A stretch of 33,613 nt of DNA from Octopus bimaculoides (taxonomy: Eukaryota). Made by a program: the position numbers and the translations under genes. Positions within the stretch are counted from its first letter, which is position 1, and every line of letters starts with the position of its first letter. This document shows, piece after piece, positions 10,025 through 21,903 of the stretch. The notes beneath the pieces were generated by a model. The model saw only the letters and a program-made list of their open reading frames with translations, ran no database searches and was not told the origin of the DNA. Location: assembly GCF_001194135.2 (NCBI RefSeq), contig NC_068981.1, positions 102,417,411 to 102,451,023 on the forward strand, given 5' to 3'.

Positions 10025-10450
10025 GCAGTAAAGTAAGAAACCCAGGAAGACATGGAATGAAGTATTGAAGAGCTAAGGTGAGATGACAAACATTGAGATA
10101 CCTGGTGCCTTGCTGTACTCAAGAAGAACTGAACTCTGCAGCAGAAATCTTAAGACCGATCATTCTGGTGGAGTAAAACACTTGTAACGGTGCCATGTAA
10201 AAGTGCCTGTGTGGTATCATGTAAAAGAGCCAGTGTGGTGCCGCATAATTGTGCCTGTGTAGTGCCATGTAAAAGTACCCAGCACACTCTGTAAAGTGGC
10301 TGGTGTTAGGAAGGCCATCTAGCCATAGAAACCAGGTTAAATTAGACTCGAGTTTGGTGCAGCTCTCCAGCTTACCAGCTCTGGTCAAACCATCCAATGC
10401 ATGTCAGCATGGACAATGGACGTTAAATGATGATGATGATGATGATGAAG
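10025..10450 (+). mobile_element. RTE-clade LINE 3' fragment (ORF end, 3' UTR and (GAT)n tail)
   Basis: KPRKTWNEVL-like coding remnant, then the AGGAAGGCCATCTAGC motif and GGACGTTAAATGATGATGAT tail. Confidence 0.85.
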
Positions 10451-10858
10451 ATAGTGTAAAAAACCTTTTGTGTAAATGTTATCACAAATTACATTAACAC
10501 TTTTACAGTTTTTTTTTTTTGTACTTGTAGTAGCGTATTCCATTAATAATGCAATCCAAAATATTTTGTCAGTTTTAGTTGTTGAAATTATGATTTTGAG
10601 TTAAGCATCACAGTGTTTATTTATTGTTTCCTTTTCTTTCTTTGAGAAATTACTTAAGTTTCATAAGTTTACAAATGAGTTTTCAACCCAAAGTTAACTT
10701 TCAGTTTCAGCTGGGAAATGTTACTTCACTCATGGAAAATTTGATTGGCAAGTGTTGGTGCTGCTACCTACACTTGCTTTTGGAGTAAGAGAGGGAGAGA
10801 AAGAGAGCTTAGTAAGAAATGAAAGAGAGGGTGAAGTTTTCCTTTAAGGGAAGAGAAC

Positions 10859-11082
10859 AGCTGGCAGAATCGTTAGCACGCCAGGCAAAATGCTTAGCGG
10901 TATTTCGTCTGCCGTTATGTTCTGAGTTCAAATTCCGCCGAGGTCGACTTTGCCTTTCATCCTTTCGGGGTCGATAAATTAAGTACCAGTTACGCACTGG
11001 GGTCGATGTAATCAACTTAATCCGTTCGTCTGTTCTTGTTTGTTCCCTCTATGTTTAGCCCCTTGTGGGCAATAATGAAATA
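10859..11082 (+). mobile_element. SINE family B copy, apparently young (CpGs retained)
   Basis: AGCTGGCAGAATCGTTAG head, GAGTTCAAATTCC B-box, core GTCGACTTTGCCTTTCATCCTTTCGGGGTCGATAAATTAAGTACCAG. Confidence 0.9.
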
Positions 11083-11280
11083 GATTTATAATTTTTTTTC
11101 TTTATTATTATCGTGAGAGGCCTTTTTCTTATGAGTGAAAGAACACATGAAATAATATTTCCATATAATCCATTTTTTTTCTTTTTAAATGTAATATTGT
11201 TATTGATTTATACATATCATACTAATGTAATAAAACAATATCTTTCATTCTTTTTCGGAAACAATGTATCTTGAAGTAAC

Positions 11281-11625
11281 ATGATCATCATCGTTTTTTA
11301 TTGTCTCTTTTCCATGCTGGCATGAGTTGGATGGTTTGACTAGAACTGGTAAGCTGGAGAGCTGCATCAGGTTCCAGTCTGATTTGGCATGGTTTCTATG
11401 GCTGGATGCCCTTCCTAAGACCAACCACTTTACAATGTGTGCTGGGTACTTTTAACATAACATCAGCATGAGCACTCTTACGTGGTATCAGCACAAGTGC
11501 TTTTTATGTGGTACTGTCACAGAACTCTTGTAGGCCAATCCTCTTCACCAGGGCATGTGAGCTTAACACTTCTGCTGTGGAGGACAAGTCTTCTGGAGTC
11601 CAGTAAGGTACCAGGTATCTTAGTC
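11281..11625 (-). mobile_element. RTE-clade LINE 3' fragment
   Basis: GCTGGATGCCCTTCCTAAGACCAACCAC motif; the reverse complement of the right end reads RDTW..LQKT, like the RTE C-terminus. Confidence 0.8.
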
Positions 11626-11860
11626 AACTATTGTAAATAACAGTGTGTAAATATTAGGTTAAAATTCCTTTGGATACAGAAATTTGAAGGCTACCTAAGG
11701 AGATGAGTTCACATCCCATGAGAAGTCATTGATCTTTTCTGTTCAAAGGGTACATTTACATGCTGTTTATAGGGTTATTTGCTTTAAGATTCACTGATCC
11801 TACAAGGGATTATTTCACATTTTTGAAGTTTCTCAATTCTTTTGATGTCAACAACTTTTG

Positions 11861-13085
11861 TATTGGCTTGGTCAAAAAATCTGTTTTTTTNNNNNNNNNN
11901 GGGGTTGTTAGTAAAAATAAGAGACAAGTTTTAAATACAAAGTGATTTATTCAATCAATGATATAATTACTGTTTTATTAGCAGTCTCTTCTGCCATCAT
12001 CTGGGCAGAACCTTTATTCCCAGATTGAAAAAATTTCCTATCTTTACTTGGGAAAAACTCTTCCAAATGAATTTTTACATCCTCTTTAAATTTGAAGATC
12101 TGTCCTTTTAATGTTTTTTGAAGAGACCAAGATATTGAAAATATTGAAGGCACTCATAGTACACATCTGAATTGATGGTCCAGTTCATGGGAAGATGCTC
12201 ATAAAAGACAACACCATTCCAATACCATCAAATTGATAGCATAAAATCCTTTGGGTGAAGTCCTGCTTTGGAGGTTGTTTGTGGTAGTTCACCACACTTA
12301 ACCCATGATTGTTTGCACTTCACATAATTATAGAAGGGCCATTTTTAATCCCCTGTTACCGTTCTCCTAAAAAAAAGAATCAGTTTCTTCACATTTCTGC
12401 AATGAATTGAAGATGGAAATCTGTTGGGAAAAGTTGGTAGCATTCAATTGATGTGGGATCCAAACACCAAGCCTGCTGATGTAAAGAAGTTTATGCAGAT
12501 GGTGTTCAACATTCAATTTTGATATTTGGAGAATATCTGCAATCATCTTGGACATTTAACAGGAGTAGTTGTCAACTAACTCCTTTATTTTGTAGCTGTT
12601 AATCTCGATTGAGTCAGGACTGAAGAATTTCCCAATCAAAATCTTGAAAAACACCTTTAACACACGTGTTCCTTAACCACATCCTTCTATACACATGCAT
12701 ACCATCCTGCAAGTTTCTGTCACTTTCTTGATATGTTGATAATGTTCGTTTTGGTTATCTATTTTCAAAGTGATCCCAAGCACATAATATACAACCTGTT
12801 TTACCACAAGTTCATTGAAGTGTCAAATATCCAAAAAAGCCTCATGATAGCAAAAGAGAGTAGGCACTAGCCAGCCCAAAGGTTGGGGTGGGCTGCACCT
12901 GCCTACCTCGGTAGCTATGGCATTGAGGTAGATCTGGTCACCCCTGTTAACCTGGATTTAAAACACTGGATGATGATGATGATGATGATGTGCATGCACA
13001 AAGGACAGACAGAAGTTAGCTACTTGTTAAGAGTGCTTGAAGTTTAGTGTTGACAAAAATCAAAGACTTTTTGGCCAACCCAGTA
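11861..13085 (-). mobile_element. Mariner transposon relic with TIRs and an internal deletion
   Basis: TIRs TATTGGCTTGGTCAAAAAATC and reverse complement TACTGGGTTGGCCAAAAAGTC (17/21). Translated VWIPHQL, TVTGD*KW, W.GVVFYE..P.N.TINSDVYY and SLQKTLKG..F...EDVK.HLEEFF.SKD..FF..G. Confidence 0.85.
12866..12990 (+). mobile_element. Short LINE 3' tail with (GAT)n inserted in the mariner relic
   Basis: GC-richer segment ending GGATTTAAAACACTGGATGATGATGATGATG, between mariner 5' sequence and the right TIR. Confidence 0.5.
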
Positions 13086-13433
13086 TTTCATCTCAGAAAA
13101 CGTTTTATTTGAAACAAGAAATGACTAAGGTTTTCATGACATTCAACATCATTTTTAGTTACATGGTCCCCACTAAAATTTTAGTTTACACTTCAATGCA
13201 TTCATTTTGCTTTGGACTCTGAAACATGTTTTGTCAGTAGCCTACATTGCAAGATTGACTTCATTGAAGTGAATATATCTGAAAGCCATTTATTTTCCAT
13301 TCAACACTGACTCTTTTAGGTTGACTGAAAGTTTGAACAAATGTTCTGAAAGAAATAACCCAATTTCTTTATGCAGATTGAAAAACCTTCCCTACACATT
13401 TCAGCATGATAACCAGCATACTCCTGTATAAAA

Positions 13434-13643
13434 TAATCCTTTCTATTAAAGGCACACTGCCTGAAATTTTGTGGGAGGGGACAAGTCAGTTACATTGACC
13501 CCAGTGTTTCACTGGTACTTAATTTATCAACCCCAAAAGGATGAAAGGCAAAGTCGACCTCAGTAGAATTTGTACTCAGAACATAAAGACAAATTCAATG
13601 CCACTAAGCATTTTGCCCAGCATGCTAATGATTCTGCCAGCTT
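13434..13643 (-). mobile_element. SINE family B copy
   Basis: CTGGTACTTAATTTATCAACCCCAAAAGGATGAAAGGCAAAGTCGACCT is the reverse complement of the family B core. Confidence 0.9.
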
Positions 13644-13789
13644 CTGTATGAAATAATAATGATTCTGCCTTACTTCTGTATGAAATAATAAAGTTACATG
13701 CAGACTTCTGATATTTTCTCCTAATAAATAGCAAATTCTTCCATTTAGTGGCCTTGTTTAAATAAAACTTAACTGTTTTACAACATCAG

Positions 13790-14771
13790 CTATTTCAGAT
13801 CTATAGTATATATTCAGCTGCTCAAATTGGTAATGAAGACAATTGTGGATACTTTCAGGATTCTGATTGTCTTAATTCTTGCAACAGATCAGAAATTTTC
13901 TCTACAACAGCAGCCCCTCCATTTGTATAAATACTCGAACAAGATTCCATGAAATTTCATTTGTAACTAGAAATGAATTAATTAAATCAAATATTACTTC
14001 CCCATGTAATATGACTCTCCAAAAGCTGATATTAACAAATCTTCCTTTGTACTCTCTTCATAAACATAGCATATGAACAGAAGAAAAAATACTAGACCAC
14101 TAATGTCTGTTGATTGATCCATTTGCAGAGAGAATTCTGGACTCATTTTAACCTGCCTCATTAAATCAGTTTTATCAAAATTTGACATTTCATGAAAATT
14201 ATGTCATCTATGTCATTAGAAAGTGATATGCTGTCGATATTTTTGCATGTATTTCTTATCTTCCATGCATTTTACTGAATCTTTTGCACAAGGCTTTATT
14301 AAGTTTTCTGCAATTATATTTTACCTAGCTTTATTAATATGATATAAAGCTAGGAAAGCATTTTCTTTTATCATATAAATGACAATGTTTCTGAAAATGT
14401 ACTTTTCCTTTGATTCAATTCCAAACACTTATTTTCAAAACATTCTTCCCTTTGACTTTTAAAAAATTTATGTGTTATCTTTAAGTGAAACATTTGTGGG
14501 ATTTAAGCTTCTTTTACTAAAAACCTTTCCACATTCAATACACAAACACTTTGATTCAAAATAATCCCCATTATAACCAATACAATTAAACAATAAATGT
14601 TTTATCACATCACTTTTTCTTTTTTTTTTTACTTTGTCCATCTTTTTGTTTTGGTGTTACTTCCGAAGATGAACTTACTGAAAGCTGAAACCACAAAACA
14701 CTTCTTACATTTTTGTTGTTTGGTTTCTGTCTATTAGCTCTCAACTTATTGATTTTTAACCATTTATCCAT
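13790..14771 (-). mobile_element. hAT (Buster/Charlie/ZBED5-like) transposase relic
   Basis: Translated in order: MDKWLK, CLCIECGKVFSKRSLNP (BED-like), AENLIKPCAKDSVKCM, FSLQMDQSTDISG..FLLFICYVY....EDLL, IFDLINSF. Frameshifted. Confidence 0.8.
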
Positions 14772-15327
14772 TGAGGATCTAAATAGAGTGCAATTTATTG
14801 ATTGTGGAAAATTTTAATTGCCCGCAACATTTATTTTTCTCTACGAATGCATTAGGAAAGTCACGTCAATATTGTGCACTACTTTTGATATCCTTTTCAC
14901 AATTATTGTTGTTGCCTGGAGTGAGAGCATTTGAAAATTATCATGCAATATTAGCCAAAGTTGCCAAATTTCACCAGTTCAGCAGAATATATCCAAAATG
15001 AATATTCTTACATCAAACCTAAGTATATGTTATTCAAGCAGAATTTACTATGAAAATTCTATATGAATTTTTGTTAACACTGTGTATTACATCTCCTCTG
15101 AAGTCTATTCTGCATTGCTACATTACTTTCTCCACCCATGCATATGAATGTGTACGTATGTATGTACGTGTGTGTGTGTGTGTGTGTGTATGTGTGTGTG
15201 TATGTGTGTGTGTGGTTGAGATAATTGACTGACTACCTGGATGAATGCAAAACACAAGAATATACAAATATTGAGACTCTACAGATGTTTTACACTTGTG
15301 ATTGGTTTCGAAATAAATAGTTACATT

Positions 15328-15697
15328 CAGGAGTGGCTGTGTGGTAAGAAACTTGCTTACCAGCCACATGATTCCAGGTTCAGTTCTTGGGCAAGTGTCT
15401 TCTTCTATAGCCTCAGACTGACTAAAGCCTTGTGAGTGGATTTGGTAGATGGAAACTGAAAGAAGCCTGTCGTATATGTGTGTGTGTCTATGTATCTGTG
15501 TTTGTCTCCCCACCATCACTTGACAACCAATGTTGGTCTGTTTACATCTCCATAACTTAGCGATTTGTCAAAAGAGACTGATAGAATAAGTACTAGGCTT
15601 ACAAAGAATAAGTCCTGGGGTCGATTTGTTCGACTAAAGGTGGTGCTCCAGCATGGCCACTGTCAAATGACTGAAACAAATAAAAGAATAAAAGAAT
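15328..15697 (+). mobile_element. SINE family A copy
   Basis: CAGGAGTGGCTGTGTGGTAAG head through GACTGAAACAAATAAAAGAATAAAAGAA tail. Confidence 0.9.
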
Positions 15698-15898
15698 ATT
15701 AGAAACAGAACATATAGCTATAAGTGCAAACATTTTGCGGATGGTTTGGTATGAATAGAAACGTTTCCTCTGCAAGATTATTATAATTTTAAACACCTTT
15801 GGGCAAGAATGATATCATATAATTTTAAATACAAAATTGAGAAAAGCATACATAGAAAAAATTAATTATATATCATCTGACGAGAAAAAAGCACACGT

Positions 15899-15985
<87 letters not shown>

Positions 15986-16090
15986 CACGCACACACACAC
16001 ACACACACATCATATGCTTGAATGTAAGTAAAAATAAATTCTTGGCCTTCAGCAAATTCTTGCACTTTTGTGCTTTGACTAATTAAAAAA

Positions 16091-16230
16091 CATAGAAGTT
16101 CATTTCTCAACTGCATAATTTCAGGTTCAGTTCCACTGTGTAGCACTTTGGATAAATGTTTTCTACTATAACCCTGGGCAACCAAAGACCTGTGTGTGGA
16201 TTTGATAGTTGGGAACAGAAAGAAAACTTT
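16091..16230 (+). mobile_element. SINE family A 5' module fragment (degenerate)
   Basis: CAGGTTCAGTTCCACTG...TTCTACTATAACCCTGGG..CCAAAGACCTGTGTGTGGATTTGATAG. Confidence 0.65.
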
Positions 16231-16375
16231 CATGTATGTATGTATGTATGTATGTATGTATCTATCTATCTATCTATGTATCTATGTATGCATGCATGCA
16301 TGCATGTATGTACATGAGTCACTCTGTTACTTCTGCTAAATATTAATAAAAATATATCTGTATCTACATCCATAC

Positions 16376-17015
16376 CATCATCATCATCATCATCATCGTC
16401 ATCATTTAATGTCCATTGTCCATGCTGGCATGGGTTGGACAGTTTGACTGGGCTGGCACTCTGGAAGGCTGTACCAGACTCCAGTCTGATTTGACTTGGT
16501 TTTCTATGGCTGGACACCCTTCCTAACGCCAACCACTCTGAGAATGTAATAGGTGCTTTTATGTGCCACCGGCACGGGTGCCATTTGTATGACACCAGGG
16601 TGCATTTACATTCACTTTGCCTCTGTGAGGCCGAACACTCAAAAGAAACTTAGCCACTTTGCCTCCGTGAAGCCTAACACTTGAAAGGAACTCACCCACT
16701 TTACTGTTTAAAACCATTTGATTCGGCTGTGTGTGACTTGAAGGTTCATTGTCTTCATACAGAAGCCTTGCTCATTCAGGCTCAGATTAGCATGGACATG
16801 TGATGCATATAGTCTATGAACAGCTGTATAAGGAAATACTGATTGCTTACAGTGGATGTAGCCTGTGGAAGGAGTGAATCCAGGAAGATATGTGATGAGG
16901 AGGCAGAGAGTGATATCAGGATGCTTAGCTGCAGAGAGGAAATGACAAAAGACTGAAATGATAGGTGACATACACTACCTAGGAAGTCCTGTTCACCTAT
17001 GCAGGAAGGCTGAAG
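16376..17015. mobile_element. RTE-clade LINE insertion with 5' inversion: 3' UTR on - (16376-16700), ORF end on + (about 16712-17015)
   Basis: - strand tail (ATC)n..GCTGGACACCCTTCCTAACGCCAACCAC; + strand RLR..HGHVMH..SCIRKY*LLTVD..CGRSESRKICDE...EEMTKD. Confidence 0.75.
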
Positions 17016-17690
17016 TAATGTTAAAAATGCTGGTAACATAATGTGAATGCACACATCTACATACATACATACATACATGTAGGAAGAGAGATTAATTGAT
17101 AGACAGACAGAGATTGACAGACTGATCGATATAGTATGGAAGAAAGAAATGAAGTTGAAAATGCACAAAGAGACTATATGAGTATTTATTTATATTACTA
17201 TCAGTATACTTAACTGGTTTCACATTTGTATAATTTTCAAAAGTGTTTCATGTCCCTCAAAACTTACACTTTTGAAAATTATGTAAAAGTGAAAATAATT
17301 AAGTGTATTAACACACACACACACACACAATGTGCATGAATGTTTACATTTTGCATTTTCATATGACACTGCTTGAGTAAAAGCTTATGCTTTTCATTCG
17401 TGTACCTCTGTACTTTTAAAGACCAGTAAAAAAAAAAGAAAAGACCAGTAAAAAAGAAAAACAAGTAAGAAGTGGTGACAAGATCCATAAAATTTTGCCT
17501 CAAGAGGTCTCTGTCCAACTGATGTTGACTTAGAAAAATGGCTGCGAATTAAATGAATGATAAATACATTGATCATCTACATAATTTCTCTCTACCATAT
17601 TCCATGGTCTACACAATCTACAGAAAAAAAGTTTGCCCAAAGTGCCATGCAATGCAAATTCAGAACTTTTTGATTACAAAAATCATAGTT

Positions 17691-17912
17691 CTCTTTTACT
17701 CTTTTACTTGTTTCAGTCATTTGACTGTGGCCATGCTGTGGCACCACCTTTTAGTCGAGCTAGTCAACCCCAGGACTTATTCTTTGTAAGCCTAGTACTT
17801 ATTCTATCAGTCTCTTTAGCCGAACCGCTAAGTTACGGGGACATAAACACACTAGCATCGGTTGTCAAGCAATGTTGGGGGGACAAACACAGACACACAG
17901 ACATATACACAT

Positions 17913-17961
<49 letters not shown>

Positions 17962-18128
17962 TATGACAGGCTTCTTTCAGTTTCCGTCTACCAAATCCAC
18001 TCACAAGGCTTTGGTCAGCCCGAAGCTATAGTAGAAGACACTTGCCCAAGGTGCCACGCAGTGGGACTGAACCCGGAACCACGTGGGCGGTAAGCAAGCT
18101 ACTTACCACACAGCCGCTCCTACGCCTA
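17691..18128 (-). mobile_element. SINE family A copy, full length and CpG-rich (young)
   Basis: Reverse complement starts AGGCGTAGGAGCGGCTGTGTGGTAAG, has B-box GGGTTCAGTCCC and a central (TA)n. Confidence 0.9.
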
Positions 18129-18747
18129 TGAGTTATTTACTTTTTAATTACATTTTATTCTTTATTGTATATTTTTGCTTTCAATTATGGTCATTGTAGT
18201 TTTATTTCTCTTGCTTTGCAATTTTTTATCTGCTGTTGTCCTCTCTTTATCGTTAAGTTATTGTTACTGTTGTTTAGCTTCAAGTCAGATCTAATTGAGC
18301 AAATTTGTGATCAAAAAATATTTCAGCTATGACTATCCCACCTTTTTCATACATAATATACCAATGAATTCATTATCCAACATAACCGTTTCTTTTTATA
18401 AAGGTATGATTTCCCAGAGAGGTATCTAGTATATCTAAATGAGTTGGATGACACTATAGAAGTTCCCTTGCTAGCTCTTTGCTTTTAAATAACTGTTGTT
18501 GTGAAATGTTTAGCTCCTAGCTTTGAGCAAACAGACATATGATCAAAAGCTTTCCACCTCTGATTATTCCATCTTTTTTTTTTGTTTCATTATCTACTGT
18601 GTTCCCTCCATTTATTGTATGATTTGAGAAAGACTCACCTGTTTTTGTTTGTTTTTTTCTAGCAAATCAAGTGACTCTGTAGCAGATTCATACTTAAATG
18701 ATTGTTAGAAATGGGTAACCAGAATATTTGATAATCTTTTTTTCTAT

Positions 18748-19013
18748 TCTTTTATTTTTATTCTTTTACCTGTTTCGGTCATTTGACAGCGGCCATGCTG
18801 GAGCACTGCTTTGAAGTATTTTTATCAAACAATTTGACCTCAGGACTTGTTTTTAAGCCTAATACTTATTATATTGGTCTCCTTGCTGAACCAATAACTT
18901 ACATGGATGTAAACACAGCAACACTGGTTGTCAAGAGATGATTGTATGGCGGGGACAAACACAGACACAAAGACACACACACACAGACACACACACACAC
19001 ACACACAGAAACA

Positions 19014-19049
<36 letters not shown>

Positions 19050-19190
19050 ATGAGCTTCTTTCAGTTTCCATCTACCAAATCCACTCACAAGGCCCAAGTG
19101 ATAATAGAAGACACTTATTCAAGGTACCAAGTTGTGGGACTGAATTTGGAACCATGTGGTTGGGAAGCAAGCTTCTTACCACACCTGTGC
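18748..19190 (-). mobile_element. SINE family A copy
   Basis: Both modules present with a central (CA)n. Confidence 0.85.
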
Positions 19191-19324
19191 CATGTCTCTT
19201 TAAAATTTTTGAGAAATTGCCCTTTTTTTCCTTTCAAGTTTAACCTTTTAACATTACGGTCATAGTTTTGAATTAATCATACATTATCTTGTGCCTTCAA
19301 GATTTCACTGATGTGGCTGTTTCA

Positions 19325-19835
19325 TCAATCATCATCATCATCATCAACATCTAACAACCATTTTCCATGCTGACATGGGTTGGACAGCGTGACAGGAACT
19401 GGCAAGGGCAGGCGCTGCATTAGGTTCTGTTTTGGCTTGTTTTCTACAGCTGGATGCCCTTCCTAACACCAATAACTTTATTGAGTGTATTAGGTACCTT
19501 TTACATAGCACTAGTGCTTGTTATGTGACACCAGTGCCAGTGTTTTTTATGTGACACCAGCACTCACACAAAGGGTTTTTATGTGGTACCTTGGTTTTAG
19601 GATTTCAATTCTGTTGTGGTGGGTTGGTTTTCTCAAGAACAGCAATGCACCACATATCTTGGTTCCCTGTCATCTTCTTTATATAACTCAGCGTTTTGAG
19701 ATCAGCCTTCAATATTTCATCCCATATCTTCCTAGGCCTCCCCCTTTCACAACTTGTTTCCACTTAAAGTGATCGGCACTTCTTTATGCAACTGCTCTCA
19801 TCCATGCACATCATGTGAGAGATCAAATCTGACCA
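19325..19835 (-). mobile_element. RTE-clade LINE 3' fragment (RT C-terminus and 3' UTR)
   Basis: Reverse complement translates HMMCMDESSCIKKCRSL*VETSCERGRPRKIWDEILKADLKTL...MTGNQDMWCIAVLEKT; (ATC)n tail at the left end. Confidence 0.9.
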
Positions 19836-19841
19836 GTTTAA

Positions 19842-20063
19842 CCCTTTTGATATCAATCTGGCTGAAACTGGTTCTGGCTCTGTAGTACAAATGTCTTGTT
19901 TTCAAAAGTTTTGAATTAAAATCTTCCACCAAACCTTAGTCACAATTCATGTTCCTAACACTAGCTTCATGATAACTAAGTTATTTTACCAAATTCTTTC
20001 TTGTATTTAAAATTAATTGAAAGAAACACAGAGTATCTCAATGGAAATATGGTAGCAAAAGGG
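19842..20063. mobile_element. piggyBac-type MITE (222 bp) with TTAA target-site duplication
   Basis: TTAA|CCCTTTTGATA ... GGTAGCAAAAGGG|TTAA; TTAA at 19838-19841 and 20064-20067. Confidence 0.85.
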
Positions 20064-20533
20064 TTAAACATAATAACAAATAGGATATTTGGGACAGATA
20101 TAGTTGGTTTAAAAGCTAAAGGATTGACCTTGTCTACTCATCATTCAAATCATAATACTACTTNNNNNNNNNNNNNNNNNNNNNNNNNNNNNNNNNNNNN
20201 NNNNNNNNNNNNNNNNNNNNNNNNNNNNNNNNNNNNNNNNNNNNNNNNNNNNNNNNNNNNNNNNNNNNNNNNNNNNNNNNNNNNNNNNNNNNNNNNNNNN
20301 NNNNNNNNNNNNNNNNNNNNNNNNNNNNNNNNNNNNNNNNNNNNNNNNNNNNNNNNNNNNNNNNNNNNNNNNNNNNNNNNNNNNNNNNNNNNNNNNNNNN
20401 NNNNNNNNNNNNNNNNNNNNNNNNNNNNNNNNNNNNNNNNNNNNNNNNNNNNNNNNNNNNNNNNNNNNNNNNNNNNNNNNNNNNNNNNNNNNNNNNNNNN
20501 NNNNNNNNNNNNNNNNNNNNNNNNNNNNNNNNN

Positions 20534-20710
20534 TTGACAACCAATGTTGGTGTGTTTACGTCGCTGTAACTTAGCAGTTCAGCAAAAGAGACCAATAGAA
20601 TAAGTACTAGGCTTACAAAGTATGTGTCCTGGGGTCGATTTGTTTGACTAAAGGTGGTGCTCCAGCAAGGCCACCTTCAAATGACTGAAACAAGTGAAAG
20701 AATAAAAGAA
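20534..20710 (+). mobile_element. SINE family A 3' module (5' part lost in the gap)
   Basis: TTGACAACCAATGTTGGTGTGTTTACG...GACTGAAACAAGTGAAAGAATAAAAG. Confidence 0.85.
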
Positions 20711-20883
20711 GTTGTGACTATAATTGCATCAGATCATAAATTCATTAGCTAAAATAACTGTTTGCTAATTAAAATATCTCCAAAAGTTAATGCTTAGAAT
20801 GAATTTTTCATGAGAAATGTTCAGGCCAGAATTTAATGAAGATTAACTTCTTAAATGATCAATTTGTAGTTTATATAACATAT

Positions 20884-21264
20884 TTATCTTTTAGTTGTTT
20901 CAGGCATTGGCCCGCAGCCATGCTGGGGCACTGTGCCTCAAAATGTTTTAGCTGAATGAATTGAACCCAGTATTTATTTTTTATTTTAAAGCCTGGTAGT
21001 TATTTTGTCAGCTGAACTGCTAAGTGATGGGGATGTAAACAAACCAACATTGGTTTTCAAGTGGTGGTGGGGACAAACAGACACACAAACACATAAATGC
21101 AACAGGTGTCTTTTAGTTTCTATCTACCAAATCAACTCACAAGGCTTTGATTGGCCTGAGGCTATAGTAGCCTACACTTGCCCTTGGTGCCAGGCAGTAG
21201 GATTGAACCTAGAAACCTGTAGTCAGAAAGTAAGCCACTTATCACACAACTATTCCTGTGCACT
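20884..21264 (-). mobile_element. SINE family A copy
   Basis: Both modules present on the - strand. Confidence 0.85.
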
Positions 21265-21802
21265 GAAGATAAATGCAACAAAGGTTATGATGAATAGACC
21301 ATCATTTGCAGTAGTGAGGATGCAGAGAACACCAAGCCAGTTTTTCTTATAAGAATAAAAAGCTATGAGAGAGATAGAGAGAGTAGGGGAAGAATCGATT
21401 TTTGGCATTATTGAAAGGTCAGTATCATGGAGAAAAAACAGAATGTGAAAAGAAGAATGAAAAGCTCCTTTATTAATAACAAAAGAGATAATGGCAAAAG
21501 TTGTTTGAAGTTGCTGTCAGCAATCCAGCTATATTGTGTAAAAAAGAATCCATCACTACATTTACTTGAAAACTGTGTAAGATTATGGTAACTGGATTTA
21601 CCAAAAATGTCTAAAATAACAGGAAGTGGAAAGTGTAATAAAGGTTACAAAAATCCACCAGAGATTCACAATAATGACCTGGCTTAAAGGTTTCTGATTT
21701 CCTTTATATGTTTATGCTGATAACAGGTTGTTAAAGCATCTCATATTTTCTTCCAATATATTATTTTACAAGCTAAAAAGGAGCAACTGTGTAGTTATTT
21801 GC

Positions 21803-21903
21803 TGTCTGGTGTTGCCATCCGGTTTCACCAGTCCTCAGTCAAATCGTCCAACCCATGCTAGCATGGAAGGCGGACGTTAAACGATGATGATGATGATGAT
21901 GAA
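21803..21903 (+). mobile_element. RTE-type 3' tail, short and young
   Basis: CGTCCAACCCATGCTAGCATGGAAGGCGGACGTTAAACGATGATGATGATGATG. Confidence 0.8.

Noticed and set aside
10859-10940. tRNA-like A/B boxes at SINE heads
   Set aside because: These are SINE Pol III promoters with no intact cloverleaf, so not called as tRNA genes.
20001-20595. ORFs spanning the 370-N gap
   Set aside because: Artefacts of N translation.
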